In this document: one piece after another, positions 49,401 to 61,329 of the stretch
Layout of the letters: every line of letters starts with the position of its first letter
Numbering within the stretch: position 1 is the first letter of the stretch
Origin: an uncultured Gemmatimonadales bacterium
GTDB taxonomy: Bacteria > Gemmatimonadota > Gemmatimonadetes > Gemmatimonadales > GWC2-71-9
Length of the DNA: 64,000 nt
Direction of reading: 5' to 3'
Assembly (NCBI GenBank): GCA_963748815.1
Contig: CAVVKJ010000010.1
Span: forward strand, 864,001 to 928,000
Program-made: the position numbers and the translations under genes
The notes under the pieces: generated by a model
Databases searched by the model: none
What the model was told of the DNA's origin: nothing
The model's input: the letters and a program-made list of their open reading frames with translations, nothing else

Positions 49401-50060
49401 TCAGGCCCCCGTGCTGTAGGTGCGGCCGGTCATTTCCTCGACCACCTCACCCTTGAAGATCCAGACCTTGATCCCGATCGTGCCGTACGTCGTCTTGGCC
49501 GTCGAGGTCGCGTAGTCGATGTCCGCGCGCAGCGTGTGGAGCGGCACCCGGCCCTCGCGGTACCCTTCGGTCCGCGCGATTTCCGACCCGCCGAGCCGGC
49601 CCGACACCCGCACCCGGATGCCCTGGGCGCCCATCCGCATGGCGCTCTGCACCGCGCGCTTCATCGCGCGGCGGAACGAGATGCGCTGCACCAGCTGGTG
49701 CGCGATGTTGTCGGCGACGAGCTGCGACGCCACCTCGGGCCGCTTGATCTCCTCGACGTTGATCGCGGCTTCCTTGCCGGTCAGCTGGGCCAGCTCGTCG
49801 CGGAGCTTGTCCACTTCCGCGCCCCGCTTGCCGATGACCACGCCCGGCCGCCCGGTGTGCACCGTGACCGTCACCTTGCCCGGCTTCCGGTCGATGTAGA
49901 TGTCGGCGATGGCCGCATGCCCGAGCCGGGCCCGAAGGTACTTCCGGATCAGCTCGTCTTCCTTGAGCAGCGCCGGCATGTCCTTGGTGGCGAACCAGCG
50001 GGACCGCCACGGCTGCACGATGCCGAGCCGGAAACCGATCGGATGGGTCTTTTGCCCCAT
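49401..50060 (-). CDS. rpsC: 30S ribosomal protein S3
   Basis: [27 protein letters not shown]. Confidence 0.99.
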   Translation of the reverse strand: MGQKTHPIGFRLGIVQPWRSRWFATKDMPALLKEDELIRKYLRARLGHAAIADIYIDRKPGKVTVTVHTGRPGVVIGKRGAEVDKLRDELAQLTGKEAAINVEEIKRPEVASQLVADNIAHQLVQRISFRRAMKRAVQSAMRMGAQGIRVRVSGRLGGSEIARTEGYREGRVPLHTLRADIDYATSTAKTTYGTIGIKVWIFKGEVVEEMTGRTYSTGA

Positions 50061-50422
50061 TAGATGCTCCCCTTCGAGGCCACGTGAATCGTCACGTGGC
50101 TGGTCCGCTTGCGGATCGGGGTCGCGCGGCCCTGCGCCGCGGCGGTGAACCGCTTGAGCGGCTGCCCCATGTCCACCATCGCCTTCGACACGTAGAGCGC
50201 GTCCACGTCGAACGACTCGTTGTCCCGCAAGGCCAGCTGCTCCGCGTTCGAGACCGCCGACTTCAGCGTCTTCTCGATTTGCCGCGCCGCCAGCTTCTTG
50301 TTGAACTTGAGGATCGCGTACGCCTCGTTCACGTCCTTGCCGCGGATCAGGTCCGCGACGAGCCGCATCTTCTGGGGCGACTGGCGCACCAGCCGCTGAA
50401 TCGCTGTGCCTGGCATCGTCAC
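50060..50422 (-). CDS. rplV: 50S ribosomal protein L22
   Basis: [23 protein letters not shown]. Confidence 0.97.
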   Translation of the reverse strand: MTMPGTAIQRLVRQSPQKMRLVADLIRGKDVNEAYAILKFNKKLAARQIEKTLKSAVSNAEQLALRDNESFDVDALYVSKAMVDMGQPLKRFTAAAQGRATPIRKRTSHVTIHVASKGSI

Positions 50423-50709
50423 TCCGGCTTGGCCTTCTTGTCCGCCACGATCTTGCCGCTGTGGCCGCGGAACAGTCGCGTGGGCGAGAATTCGCCCAGC
50501 TTGTGCCCCACCATGTTTTCCGTCACGTACACCGGCACGAACTTGTTGCCGTTGTGGACGGCGAAGGTGTGTCCCACGAACTCGGGCAGGATCGTGCTCG
50601 CCCGGCTCCAGGTCTTCACGACCTTCTTCTCGTTTTTCTGGTTCAGGGCCTCGACCTTCAGGAGCAATGCGTCCTGGACGAACGGGCCCTTCTTGATGCT
50701 ACGTGCCAT
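50419..50709 (-). CDS. rpsS: 30S ribosomal protein S19
   Basis: [23 protein letters not shown]. Confidence 0.99.
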   Translation of the reverse strand: MARSIKKGPFVQDALLLKVEALNQKNEKKVVKTWSRASTILPEFVGHTFAVHNGNKFVPVYVTENMVGHKLGEFSPTRLFRGHSGKIVADKKAKPE

Positions 50710-50727
50710 GTCAGAATCCCCAGTGGC

Positions 50728-51567
50728 CTACTTCGTGGCCTTGCCGCGGCGACGGCCGCGCACGATGTGCTTGGTGGACGCCTTCTTGTGGTGCCGCGTC
50801 TTCTTGCCTTCGGCCTTGCCCCACGGCGAGACCGGCGGACGGCCGCCCGACGACTTGCCTTCGCCGCCGCCCAGCGGGTGGTCGACCGGGTTCATCGCGA
50901 CGCCGCGGACGCTCGGCTTGATGCCCAGCCAGCGGCTCTTGCCCGCCTTGCCGACCGACAGCAGCTCGTGCTCCGAGTTGCCGACCTCGCCGATCGTCGC
51001 CAGGCACCGCCCGTGAATCCGCCGCACCTCGGTGGACTTGAGGCGGAGCGTCACGTAGTCGCCTTCCTTGGCCACCACCTGGCAGCCCGACCCGGCCGAG
51101 CGCGCCATCTGGCCGCCCTTGCCGATCTTGAGCTCCACGTTGTGCACCATCGTGCCCAGCGGGATCTCGGAGAGCGGGACCGCGTTGCCCAGCCGGATGT
51201 CCGCGCCCGGGCCCGACATCACCGCATCGCCCTGCTTCAGGCCGGTCGGGTGCAGGATGTAGCGCTTCTCGCCGTCGGCGTACACCAGGAGGGCGATGCG
51301 CGCCGTCCGGTTCGGGTCGTACTCGATTTCCGACACCTTGGCCGGGATCCCGAACTTGTTGCGCTTGAAATCGATCTTCCGGTACTGCCGCTTGTGCCCG
51401 CCGCCGATGTGGCGCGACGTCATGTGCCCCTTGTTGTTCCGGCCGCCGCTCTTGGGCAGCGGCTCCAGCAGGGACTTCTCCGGCGTGCCGCGCGTGATCT
51501 CGTCGAACCCGGAGACCGAGCGGAAGCGCGTGCCGGCCGTCATCGGGCGGAACTGTCGAATGGTCAT
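50728..51567 (-). CDS. rplB: 50S ribosomal protein L2
   Basis: [29 protein letters not shown]. Confidence 0.99.
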   Translation of the reverse strand: MTIRQFRPMTAGTRFRSVSGFDEITRGTPEKSLLEPLPKSGGRNNKGHMTSRHIGGGHKRQYRKIDFKRNKFGIPAKVSEIEYDPNRTARIALLVYADGEKRYILHPTGLKQGDAVMSGPGADIRLGNAVPLSEIPLGTMVHNVELKIGKGGQMARSAGSGCQVVAKEGDYVTLRLKSTEVRRIHGRCLATIGEVGNSEHELLSVGKAGKSRWLGIKPSVRGVAMNPVDHPLGGGEGKSSGGRPPVSPWGKAEGKKTRHHKKASTKHIVRGRRRGKATK

Positions 51568-51571
51568 GGGC

Positions 51572-51859
51572 TCAGCCCTCGAAAACCGGGAGAGTCTCGC
51601 CGTCCTTGAGGACGACGATGGCCTTCTTCCACCGGGCGGTCGTGCCCCGCGTGCGGCCCCGGGTCACCTCGTGCCGCCGCATCTGCATGGTGCGGACGTC
51701 GGTCGCGGTGACGCCGAACAGCTTCAGGAGCGCATCCCGGATCTGGTACTTGTTGGCGTCCGGATGCACCTGGAACGCGTACTCCTTGCGCGCCTGGTAG
51801 GCCGCCGAGCTCTTCTCGGTGATCAGCGGCTTGACGATCACTTCGTGCAGGGCGGGCAT
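51572..51859 (-). CDS. rplW: 50S ribosomal protein L23
   Basis: PLITEKS, ANKYQI, WKKAIV. Confidence 0.97.
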   Translation of the reverse strand: MPALHEVIVKPLITEKSSAAYQARKEYAFQVHPDANKYQIRDALLKLFGVTATDVRTMQMRRHEVTRGRTRGTTARWKKAIVVLKDGETLPVFEG

Positions 51860-52681
51860 TTACTCGCTGCCTTTCTTCTTCGGCTCGGCCTTGCGGGCGG
51901 TGCTGCGCCGCGCGCCGGCTTTCGGAGCCTTGACCTTGGGCGCCTTCGCCTTCGGCGCCGCCTTCTTCTTCGGAGCCGCCTTCGCCTTGGCCGGCTTGGC
52001 CGCCGCCTTCGGCTTGGCCGCCTTCTTCGCCTTCTTCGGGGCCGCCGCGGCGTCGGTCGCCGTGCTCACCTCGCCGCCCAGCGCGCCCTGCTCCACCACC
52101 AGCGCGTCGGCCCAGAGGATGTCGTACGCCGAGGCGTCGGCGTAGGGCAGCACCCCGGCGCGCGGCAGGTTCCGGGCGCTCAGGTAGGCCGTCGTGTTGA
52201 TGCCGTGCGTCAGCACCAGGACCTTCCGGCCCTCAAAGCCGAGCTTGCCGAGCAGCGCCGTCATCTGGCTGGTCTTGGGCGTCGCGAACTCGAGGCGCTC
52301 CACCACGGCCAGCAGGCCGTCGGCGGCGCGGGCATTGAGCGCCGACTTCCGCGCCAGCTGCCGCACCTTCTTCGGGATGCCGGTCCGCCAGTCACGCGGG
52401 GTCGGCGCGAAGGCGACACCGCCGCCGCGCCAGTGCGGCGCCCGGGTGGTCCCCTGCCGCGCGCGGCCGGTGCCCTTCTGCTTCCAGGGCTTCTGGTTGC
52501 CACCCGACACTTCCGCCCGGGTCTTCGCCTTCTGCGTGCCCTGGCGCTGGTTGTTCATGAACACCTTGACGGCCTCGTGGAGCGCCGGCTGGTGCACCGT
52601 GCCGTCGAACATGTCGGTCGGCAGCGCGAACGCCGTCTTCGCCTTGGCGCCGGCCGCGGAATACAGAGGAGCCTCAATCAT
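51860..52681 (-). CDS. rplD: 50S ribosomal protein L4 with Lys/Ala/Pro-rich C-terminal tail
   Basis: [30 protein letters not shown]. Confidence 0.98.
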   Translation of the reverse strand: MIEAPLYSAAGAKAKTAFALPTDMFDGTVHQPALHEAVKVFMNNQRQGTQKAKTRAEVSGGNQKPWKQKGTGRARQGTTRAPHWRGGGVAFAPTPRDWRTGIPKKVRQLARKSALNARAADGLLAVVERLEFATPKTSQMTALLGKLGFEGRKVLVLTHGINTTAYLSARNLPRAGVLPYADASAYDILWADALVVEQGALGGEVSTATDAAAAPKKAKKAAKPKAAAKPAKAKAAPKKKAAPKAKAPKVKAPKAGARRSTARKAEPKKKGSE

Positions 52682-53300
52682 GGCGGCTCTTGCCTCCCTG
52701 CTTGGAGACGGTCACGATGCCGTTCTTCGACCCGGGGATGGCCCCGCGCACGAAGAGGAGATTCCGCTCGGCATCCACCTGCACGACCGTCAGGCCGAGC
52801 TCGGTGTGACGTGCCGCGCCATGGTGGCCCGGCATCTTCTTGCCCTTGATGACGCGGGACGGATTGGTGCCCGGCCCGATGGAACCCGGCTTCCGGTGCC
52901 GCGTGTTGCCGTGCGAGGCCGGGCCGCCGCCGAAGCCGTGGCGCTTGACCACGCCCTGGAAGCCCTTGCCCTTGCTGGTGCCGGTCACCTTGACCCGCTC
53001 GCCCGCCGCGAAGATCTCGACCGTCACGGTCGAGCCCGCCGCCGGCGCGGCGTCGCCCGCCACGTCGAATTCCCGGATGACCCGGGGCGCCACCTCGAGG
53101 CCCGCCGCCTTCGCGTGCCCGAGTGCCGCCTTGCTCGCCCGCGTGGCCTTCTGCGCGCCGAAGCCGAGCTGCACCGTGCCGGTCTTGACCTGCACCACCT
53201 GGCAGGGACCCGCCTCGATCACGGTCACCGGGGTGGCGGTGCCGTCCTCGGCGAAGACCCGCGTCATGCCGAGCTTCCGGCCAATGAGTCCGTTCGTCAT
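52674..53300 (-). CDS. rplC: 50S ribosomal protein L3
   Basis: [25 protein letters not shown]. Confidence 0.98.
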   Translation of the reverse strand: MTNGLIGRKLGMTRVFAEDGTATPVTVIEAGPCQVVQVKTGTVQLGFGAQKATRASKAALGHAKAAGLEVAPRVIREFDVAGDAAPAAGSTVTVEIFAAGERVKVTGTSKGKGFQGVVKRHGFGGGPASHGNTRHRKPGSIGPGTNPSRVIKGKKMPGHHGAARHTELGLTVVQVDAERNLLFVRGAIPGSKNGIVTVSKQGGKSRHD

Positions 53301-53302
53301 GG

Positions 53303-53611
53303 CTACTGGACCTTGATCTCGACGTCCACGCCGGCCGGCAGGTCGAGCTTCGTCAGCGCGTCCACCGTCTGCGGGCGGGAGTCGTTGATGTCGAGCAGGC
53401 GCTTGTGGGTCCGGAGCTCGAACTGCTCGCGGCTCTTCTTGTCCACGTGCGGGCTGCGCAACACCGTCCACCGCTCGATCTTGACCGGGAGCGGGATCGG
53501 ACCCGACACCTGGGCGCCGGTCTTTTCCGCCGTGCGCACGATGTCCGCCGCGGCCTGGTCCAGCACCACGTGGTCGAACGCCTTCAGGCGGATGCGAATT
53601 TTCTGAGCCAT
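53303..53611 (-). CDS. rpsJ: 30S ribosomal protein S10
   Basis: [25 protein letters not shown]. Confidence 0.99.
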   Translation of the reverse strand: MAQKIRIRLKAFDHVVLDQAAADIVRTAEKTGAQVSGPIPLPVKIERWTVLRSPHVDKKSREQFELRTHKRLLDINDSRPQTVDALTKLDLPAGVDVEIKVQ

Positions 53612-53630
53612 CGTTCTCTCGTTTCTCGAA

Positions 53631-53692
53631 GGCGGGTCAGCGGGGAAGTGGGGAGGCGGGGAGGACTTCCCCGCTTCCCCGCGTCGCCGCCC
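53631..53692. repeat. Inverted 8-bp-period repeats between tuf and rpsJ
   Basis: GCGGGGAAGTGGGGAGGCGGGGAG ... CTTCCCCGCTTCCCCGC. Confidence 0.75.
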
Positions 53693-53698
53693 TGTCGC

Positions 53699-54901
<1,203 letters not shown>

Positions 54902-54951
54902 GGCTCGCTATCCTGTCGAGATGTGGGGAGTCTGCTGAGTGCCTCTCGGCC

Positions 54952-57052
54952 TCAGCCTTTCTGCTGCTTGGTAATGATGCCTTCCGCGATGTTCTTCGGC
55001 ACTTCTTCGTAATGGTCAAACTGCATCGAGTAGACGGCGCGCCCCTGCGTCATGCTGCGGAGCGTGGTCGAGTACCCGAACATTTCCGACAGGGGGACGT
55101 CCGCGGCCACCACCTGGGCGTCGCCGCGCTGCGTCATGCCGCCGATCTTGCCGCGCCGGCTGGACAGGTCGCCGATGACGTCGCCGAGGAAGTCGGAGGG
55201 GCTCACCACCTCGACCTCCATGACCGGCTCGAGGAGGACCGGGTGGGCCATCCGCGCCGCTTCCTTGACCGCCATCGAGCCGGCGATCTTGAACGCCATT
55301 TCGCTCGAGTCGACGTCGTGGTAGCTGCCGTACACCAGCGTCACCTTCACGTCCACCATCGGGTAGCCGGCCAGGATGCCGCCCTCGAGCGCCTCGCGAA
55401 TGCCCGCTTCCACCGGCTTGATGAACTCCCGGGGAATGACGCCGCCGACGATCTTGTCCTCGAACACGAAGCCCTGCCCGACGTCGGCCGGCTCGCAGTG
55501 GATGACGACGTGGCCGTACTGGCCCTTGCCGCCCGACTGCCGGATGAACTTGCCCTCGACGTTCTCGACCCGCTTCCGGATCGTCTCGCGGAAGGCCACC
55601 TGCGGCTTGCCGACGTTGGCCTCGACCTTGAACTCGCGCTTCATGCGGTCCACCAGGATTTCCAGGTGGAGCTCGCCCATGCCCGCGATGATGGTCTGGC
55701 CGGTCTCGACGTCGGTCCGGACCCGGAACGTCGGGTCCTCTTCCTGCAGCTTCTGCAGGGCGATGGTCAGCTTGTCCTGGTCCGCCTTCGTCTTCGGCTC
55801 GATGGCCACGTCGATGACGGGGTTCGGGAACTTCATGGCCTCGAGGATGATCGGCTTGTCCTCGTCCGACAGGGTGTCCCCCGTCCGGGTGTCCTTCAGG
55901 CCGATGGCGGCGCCGATGTCGCCCGCCCACACTTCCTCGATCTCTTCCCGCTTGTTCGCGTGCATCTGGAGCAGCCGCCCCACCCGCTCGCGCTTGTCCT
56001 TGGTGCTGTTGTACACGTAGCTGCCCGACTTCAGCGAGCCGGAGTACACCCGGAAGAAGGTCAGCCGGCCGACGTACGGGTCGGTGGCCACCTTGAACGC
56101 CAGCGCGGAGAAGGGCTCGTCGTCCCTCGCGTCGCGATGCGCCGGGGTGTCGTCGTGCAGCGGCAGGTGGCCCTGCACCGGCTTGACGTCCATCGGGCTC
56201 GGCAGGTAGTCGATGACCGCGTCGAGCAGCGCCTGCACGCCCTTGTTCTTGAACGAGGCGCCGCAGAGCACCGGCACGATCGACCCGGAGCAGGTCGCCT
56301 TCCGGATGGCGGTGTTGATCTCGTCGAGGGTCAGTTCCTGGCCGGCCAGGTACTTCTCCATCAGCGACGTCGTCCGACTCGACCGCGGCCTCGATCACCT
56401 CGTGCCGGGCCTGCTCGACGCGCTCCTTGAAGGCGTCGGCGACGGGCATCTCGGTGAAGGTCTTGCCGAGGGTCTCTTCGTCGAAGATGTACTCGACCCG
56501 GCGCAGCACGTCGATGTGGCCGGTGAAGGTCTCGCCGGAGCCGACCGGCAGCTGGATCGGGAACGCCCGCTTGGTCAGGCGGTTCCGGATCATGGTCAGG
56601 CAGCGGTCGAAGTCGGCGCCGACCCGGTCCATCTTGTTGGCGAAGATGATCCGCGGCACGCCGTACCGGTCGGCCTGGCGCCAGACGGTCTCGGTCTGGG
56701 GCTCGACGCCGGCCACCGAGTCGAGCAGGGTGACGGCGCCGTCGAGCACGCGCAGCGACCGCTCCACCTCGACCGTGAAGTCCACGTGGCCGGGGGTGTC
56801 GATGATGTTGATCCGGTGCGTGACCCCGTTCCGGATCCAGAAACAGGTCGTGGCGGCGGAGGTGATGGTGATGCCCCGCTCCTGCTCCTGCTCCATCCAG
56901 TCCATGGTGGCCGCACCCTCGTGCACTTCACCGATCTTGTAGTTCTTGCCGGTGTAGTAGAGGATCCGCTCGGTCGTAGTCGTCTTCCCGGCATCAATGT
57001 GGGCCATGATGCCGATGTTCCGGTACAATTCGAGCGATGTTTGACGCGACAT
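54952..57052 (-). CDS. fusA: Elongation factor G (frameshift near 56368)
   Basis: [47 protein letters not shown]. Confidence 0.97.
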
Positions 57053-57082
57053 ACGGTCCCTGTCTCTAGTCTCTATTCAGCG

Positions 57083-57129
57083 AAAAAGCGGGGCGACCGA
57101 CCGGGCAGATGCCCGTGGTATCGCTCCGC
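57083..57129 (-). terminator. Intrinsic terminator-like hairpin about 30 nt upstream of fusA
   Basis: Minus strand GCGGAGCGATACCACGGGCA-TC-TGCCCGGTCGGTCGCCCCGC followed by TTTTT. Confidence 0.55.
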
Positions 57130-57301
57130 GCACGTCCGGGCTTGCGCCCGAGACGAGGAATCTCAAGGACTCCCTCGCAGTTTCGTCGGAAGACCAGAGG
57201 TGGCGGGCGGTCTGGCCGCCGTCACGTGGTCCGATTATCGGGCGACCCTCCGCCCACAACCGGGGCGAACACGAGGTTCGCCCCTGTACCCTGCTAGGCG
57301 C

Positions 57302-57772
57302 CTACCAGCGGTAGTGCGCGAACGCCCGGTTGGCCTCGGCCATGCGGTGCGTGTCTTCCTTCTTCTTGATGGTGCTGCCCTCGCCCTTCGCGGCCAGGAT
57401 CAGCTCCGCCGCGAGGCGCTCCGCCATCGTCTTCTCGGTGCGGTCCCGGGCGAACCCGATGATCCACCGCATGGCCAGCGCGCCGCGGCGGTCCGGACGG
57501 ACCTCCACCGGCACCTGGAGCGAGGCGCCGCCGACCCGGCGGCTCTTCACTTCGAGCGCGGGCTTGGCGTTGTTGACCGCCTGCTTGAAGACCGTGACGC
57601 CCGGCTGCCCGGTGCGCTCCTCGATCAGGTCCATGGCGGTGTAGAAGATGCCTTCCGCCGTGCTCTTCTTGCCTTCGGTCATCAGGTTGTTGACGAACTT
57701 GCTGACCGTCTGGCTGTCGTAGCGCGGATCGGGCGGCACCGGCCGCCGGACCGCCTTGTTCCGGCGGCTCAC
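57302..57772 (-). CDS. rpsG: 30S ribosomal protein S7
   Basis: [25 protein letters not shown]. Confidence 0.99.
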   Translation of the reverse strand: MSRRNKAVRRPVPPDPRYDSQTVSKFVNNLMTEGKKSTAEGIFYTAMDLIEERTGQPGVTVFKQAVNNAKPALEVKSRRVGGASLQVPVEVRPDRRGALAMRWIIGFARDRTEKTMAERLAAELILAAKGEGSTIKKKEDTHRMAEANRAFAHYRW

Positions 57773-58164
57773 TTCTTCCCTCCGGCCGCGCCGGCCTTCG
57801 GACGCTTGGCGCCGTACTTCGAGCGCGACTGGCGGCGATCGTTGACGCCGGCGGTGTCGAGGCTGCCGCGGACGATGTGATACCGCACGCCCGGCAGGTC
57901 CTTCACGCGGCCGCCGCGGATCAACACGATCGAGTGCTCCTGCAGGTTGTGCCCTTCGCCCGGGATGTAGGCGATGACTTCGAACCCGTTCGTCAGCCGG
58001 ACCTTCGCAACCTTGCGGAGCGCGGAGTTCGGCTTCTTGGGTGTGGTGGTGTAGACGCGGGTGCAGACGCCACGCCGGAGGGGATTCCTCTTGAGCGCAG
58101 GCGACTTGCCCTTGTAGACCGGCGTCTTGCGACCGTTCCGGACGAGTTGGTTGATGGTCGGCAT
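57769..58164 (-). CDS. rpsL: 30S ribosomal protein S12
   Basis: [31 protein letters not shown]. Confidence 0.99.
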   Translation of the reverse strand: MPTINQLVRNGRKTPVYKGKSPALKRNPLRRGVCTRVYTTTPKKPNSALRKVAKVRLTNGFEVIAYIPGEGHNLQEHSIVLIRGGRVKDLPGVRYHIVRGSLDTAGVNDRRQSRSKYGAKRPKAGAAGGKK

Positions 58165-58219
58165 ACCCTGCACTTGTTCGTGGTCCGAATAAAATGGCCG
58201 CAAATGGCGGCAGACACCA

Positions 58220-58248
58220 AAGATAGAGGGCCTTCTGGCGGGAGTCAA
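58220..58248 (-). promoter_or_regulatory. Sigma70-like promoter of the str operon
   Basis: TTGACT-17 bp-TATCTT. Confidence 0.7.
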
Positions 58249-58417
58249 GGGAGGGGGTATGGCGGGAACGTCCCCATCGCCGAACCGCCCCCATCCTCCG
58301 TCATGGCGGGGGCGGCCGGCGTCTATCCTGTGACACTGCAACAGTTTAACCCATCCCCAAGCGGGCCGATGGGGCGCTCCCCCCGAGGCGGCCATTCCGC
58401 GGCCGGACCGGGAGAGC

Positions 58418-58557
58418 AATACCAGTTGTTGCAGAAGGAGAACGGCAACGCGTTCGCGTAGCTCCCCTCGTACGACATGTCCCTGAACGCGGCGACCGTT
58501 GAAGCCTGGCCGTTGATATACCGACGCCGGGGTCACATCCGAACGCCACCCCGTGTC
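58418..58557 (-). pseudogene. Decayed remnant of a paralogous M8 metalloprotease C-terminus
   Basis: My translation [28 protein letters not shown] resembles the neighbour's YISLTNNPLSAITVGSLRDMGYTVSSANADPYS. Confidence 0.6.
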
Positions 58558-61326
58558 CTACCGCACTCGCGTCAGCCTCCCACCAGCATCGATCGCCAGC
58601 ACCGTCCAGTCGGGGATCGCCTCCACCAGGTGGACCCCTCCCCCCTGCCCCGGCGCGCGGAGATTTGCCGAACTCACCGAGTACGGATCTGCGTTCGCCG
58701 AACTGACCGTGTACCCCATATCCCGGAGGGAGCCGACCGTGATGGCGCTGAGCGGGTTGTTTGTCAGGCTGATATAGCCGGTCATCAACTCGGCGCCCAT
58801 GACCGACTCACGCCAATGCGCGTCCCTGGTGCCAGGCCCGCCCCCGGCCTCGACCGGGACGCGAGGGCCAAAATATGGTACGCCGGCGCAACACGCCGCC
58901 GTAAAGGCATCCACCGCATTCACGCCAGGGAAGTACGGCTCGGACGTTCCCCCGCCGACCAGGAGCGAAGGAGGGACGGTCCACAGGGTCCCGAAGCCGA
59001 TGACGTGCCCCATTTCGTGGAGGATGACCGCCGAGAAGACCCCATTGGCGTCCAGCAGCGCCAGGTCGGAGGAATCGAACCGCATCGCGCCGACGGCGGT
59101 GAACTTGCTCCCGCTGCGGATCAGGCAGGGCCCCGCGGAGCCCAGGATGCCGCCGGGTCCGTCGATCGAATCGATGGTCACGAAGATCAGGATGTCGTCG
59201 ATCGTTTCGCTGATGCCCGGATACGTCGGCCCGCAAACGGAGCCGGGCGCCTGGAAGAGGGGGACGCTGGTGAGGTTGCCGTAGATGATGCTCGACCAGC
59301 GTGCCGCCGCGTTGACAAACGCAAGCTGCCGGCTCGGCGACATGGCCGTGAGATAGCGCAGGTCGATGTTGTACTCGCTGACGAACGCACTGCCGGTCGC
59401 GTTGAAGGTGATGTTCGCCGGGGTCGTGCCGGTGACCGCAGCGATGGTCGTCTGCGCACCGACACCGGCGCCCAGCGTGCGCCTCGTCGTGGAGCTCCCG
59501 TCGGCCAGCGTCCGCACGCTGCTGGCGGTGGTCCATCCGCCCCCGATCCCCGGACCCCATCGGACCTCCACGTTTGGCACCGGATTGCCGTACAGGTCCT
59601 TGACCGATGCGACCAGCGGGAGACTCAGCGGGTTCCCGATGACCGCGCTCTGGTTGTCGCCCGACACCAGCGTGAGGGACGACGGGGGCCCGGGGTTCGC
59701 GGTGGCCGTGAACGTCTCCTGCATGCCCGCCACGGCCGCGAGTCGTGCCGTCAGGAACTGATTGCGCGTCCCGGCCACCGTGCCAAGCGTCCAGGTCGTC
59801 GAGGTGTAGCCGTTCGCGTCGGTAACTGACGAGGCCACCCCCGTGCTCCCATTCGCGGGCGCCCAGTTGACCGTCGCACCGGATCGCACGTTGCCGTACG
59901 CGTCCCGTACCAGGACCGACACTGGCTCCGGCAGGACCGCACCGACGATGGCCGTCTGGAAATCTCCGGTGTACCGCTCGATTCGGGCCGGGGGCCCAGC
60001 CACCGCATTGAACTGGAAGAGGACGATGACGCCGGGATCCTCGGCGGCAGGGACCCGCGCGCCGACCAGTTGTGTCCCCGCGGTCGGAAAGAGCGTGAAC
60101 GCCAGCGACGCCTGCCCAGCGGCGTTGGTCACGCTGCTCGTGGCACCCTCAGGAAAATCCCAGACGACGGTGGTGCCCGCCACCGGGGCGCCCGCCGAGT
60201 CGCGCACCTGCACGACGAGCGGCTGTGCCAGGAGGGTCCCAACCGTGCCGGCCTGCCCGTTCCCTGACAGGATCGCGATCTGGGTCGGGCGCTGCGTGGC
60301 CGTGGCCACGAACGATGCCGGCGACCCGGTGAGGCCGGCCACGGTCGCCCGCAGCCCCTGGTTGTTGATCCCGACCGTCGCCCCAAGCGTCCACTCGGTG
60401 GACGATGTGCCGCCGGCGTCCGTCACGTTCTGCGTGGTCGACAGCGACCCGCCGCCGGCCGTGACCTCCCATCCGACGAACACCCCCTCCACCGGAACTC
60501 CCCCGCCGCCCGGAGTCGTCACCACGACTGTCGGCCGCAGGGGTGCGGGCGTGCTGATGACCCCGGTCTGGTTGTCGCCGAAGGCGATGGTCAGCGTTCC
60601 CGCCGAGAGGGTCGCCGACCCGGTGAAGTACTCCCACGGGGCGCCGGGCACGTAGACCCGCACCTTCTGCAGGTTGGCGCCGACGACGGGACCGGGAGAC
60701 CACGAAGTCGAGGCCACCCCGGAGGCATCGGTCACCGAGGTGCCCGGCATGGTGACGCCCCGGCCCTCGATCGCGCTCCAGGTGACGATCGCCCCCACCA
60801 CCGGGTTGTTCAGCAGGTCCTCGACCCGCACCGAGAGCGGTTGCGGATAGGGCTGCACCACCTCCCCAACCTGTGACTCGCCGGCGAGCCTGATGAGCTT
60901 CGCGGCGGCCCCCGAGGCAGCGGACGCGGTAAATGTCGGCACGGCGCCCTGATAGCCTGGGATGCCGGCCGTGACGGTGTTGTTATTGGTGCCGGAGGTG
61001 GTACCGAGGATCCAGGTGACCGAGGCGACCCCCTGCGCGGTGGTGACTGCGGAGGTGCCTACCGTTCGCCCACCGCCGGCGGTCACGGTGAAAGTCACCG
61101 TGACGCCGGCCATCAGGGCGCCATTCTGGTCGCGCACCGTCACGCCGATGGTGGCGGGAAGCGCCGCGCTGACCGTGCCGCTCTGGCCATCGCCAGTCTT
61201 GGTGACGGTGGTGGGCACCAGCGTTGCGGGCGGCTGGGTCGGTCCACCGTCGGAGGAGCCGCATTGCCAGGCGGTCACGCACGCCAGGAGCGCTCCGGCC
61301 ACCCGCACCCCCCGGTTCCATCCCAT
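58558..61326 (-). CDS. Lipoprotein-like surface protein with Ig-like (Big_1-type) repeats and leishmanolysin-like (M8) Zn-metalloprotease domain
   Basis: Signal ending in Cys; repeated GDxQ.G...V.D..G.PV....W....T...G....WTLG; IDGPGGILGSAGP, HEMGHVIGFG, HWRE...ELMTG. Confidence 0.85.
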   Translation of the reverse strand: MGWNRGVRVAGALLACVTAWQCGSSDGGPTQPPATLVPTTVTKTGDGQSGTVSAALPATIGVTVRDQNGALMAGVTVTFTVTAGGGRTVGTSAVTTAQGVASVTWILGTTSGTNNNTVTAGIPGYQGAVPTFTASAASGAAAKLIRLAGESQVGEVVQPYPQPLSVRVEDLLNNPVVGAIVTWSAIEGRGVTMPGTSVTDASGVASTSWSPGPVVGANLQKVRVYVPGAPWEYFTGSATLSAGTLTIAFGDNQTGVISTPAPLRPTVVVTTPGGGGVPVEGVFVGWEVTAGGGSLSTTQNVTDAGGTSSTEWTLGATVGINNQGLRATVAGLTGSPASFVATATQRPTQIAILSGNGQAGTVGTLLAQPLVVQVRDSAGAPVAGTTVVWDFPEGATSSVTNAAGQASLAFTLFPTAGTQLVGARVPAAEDPGVIVLFQFNAVAGPPARIERYTGDFQTAIVGAVLPEPVSVLVRDAYGNVRSGATVNWAPANGSTGVASSVTDANGYTSTTWTLGTVAGTRNQFLTARLAAVAGMQETFTATANPGPPSSLTLVSGDNQSAVIGNPLSLPLVASVKDLYGNPVPNVEVRWGPGIGGGWTTASSVRTLADGSSTTRRTLGAGVGAQTTIAAVTGTTPANITFNATGSAFVSEYNIDLRYLTAMSPSRQLAFVNAAARWSSIIYGNLTSVPLFQAPGSVCGPTYPGISETIDDILIFVTIDSIDGPGGILGSAGPCLIRSGSKFTAVGAMRFDSSDLALLDANGVFSAVILHEMGHVIGFGTLWTVPPSLLVGGGTSEPYFPGVNAVDAFTAACCAGVPYFGPRVPVEAGGGPGTRDAHWRESVMGAELMTGYISLTNNPLSAITVGSLRDMGYTVSSANADPYSVSSANLRAPGQGGGVHLVEAIPDWTVLAIDAGGRLTRVR

Positions 61327-61329
61327 GCG

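Noticed and set aside
57121..57200. Hammerhead ribozyme or known riboswitch in the rpsG-fusA spacer
   Set aside because: CGAAAC is present but there is no CUGANGA core, and I see no recognisable aptamer consensus
58303..58461. Small + strand ORF ending ENGNAFA* as a tmRNA tag or peptide gene
   Set aside because: No tRNA-like ends; the region is better explained as a minus-strand protease remnant
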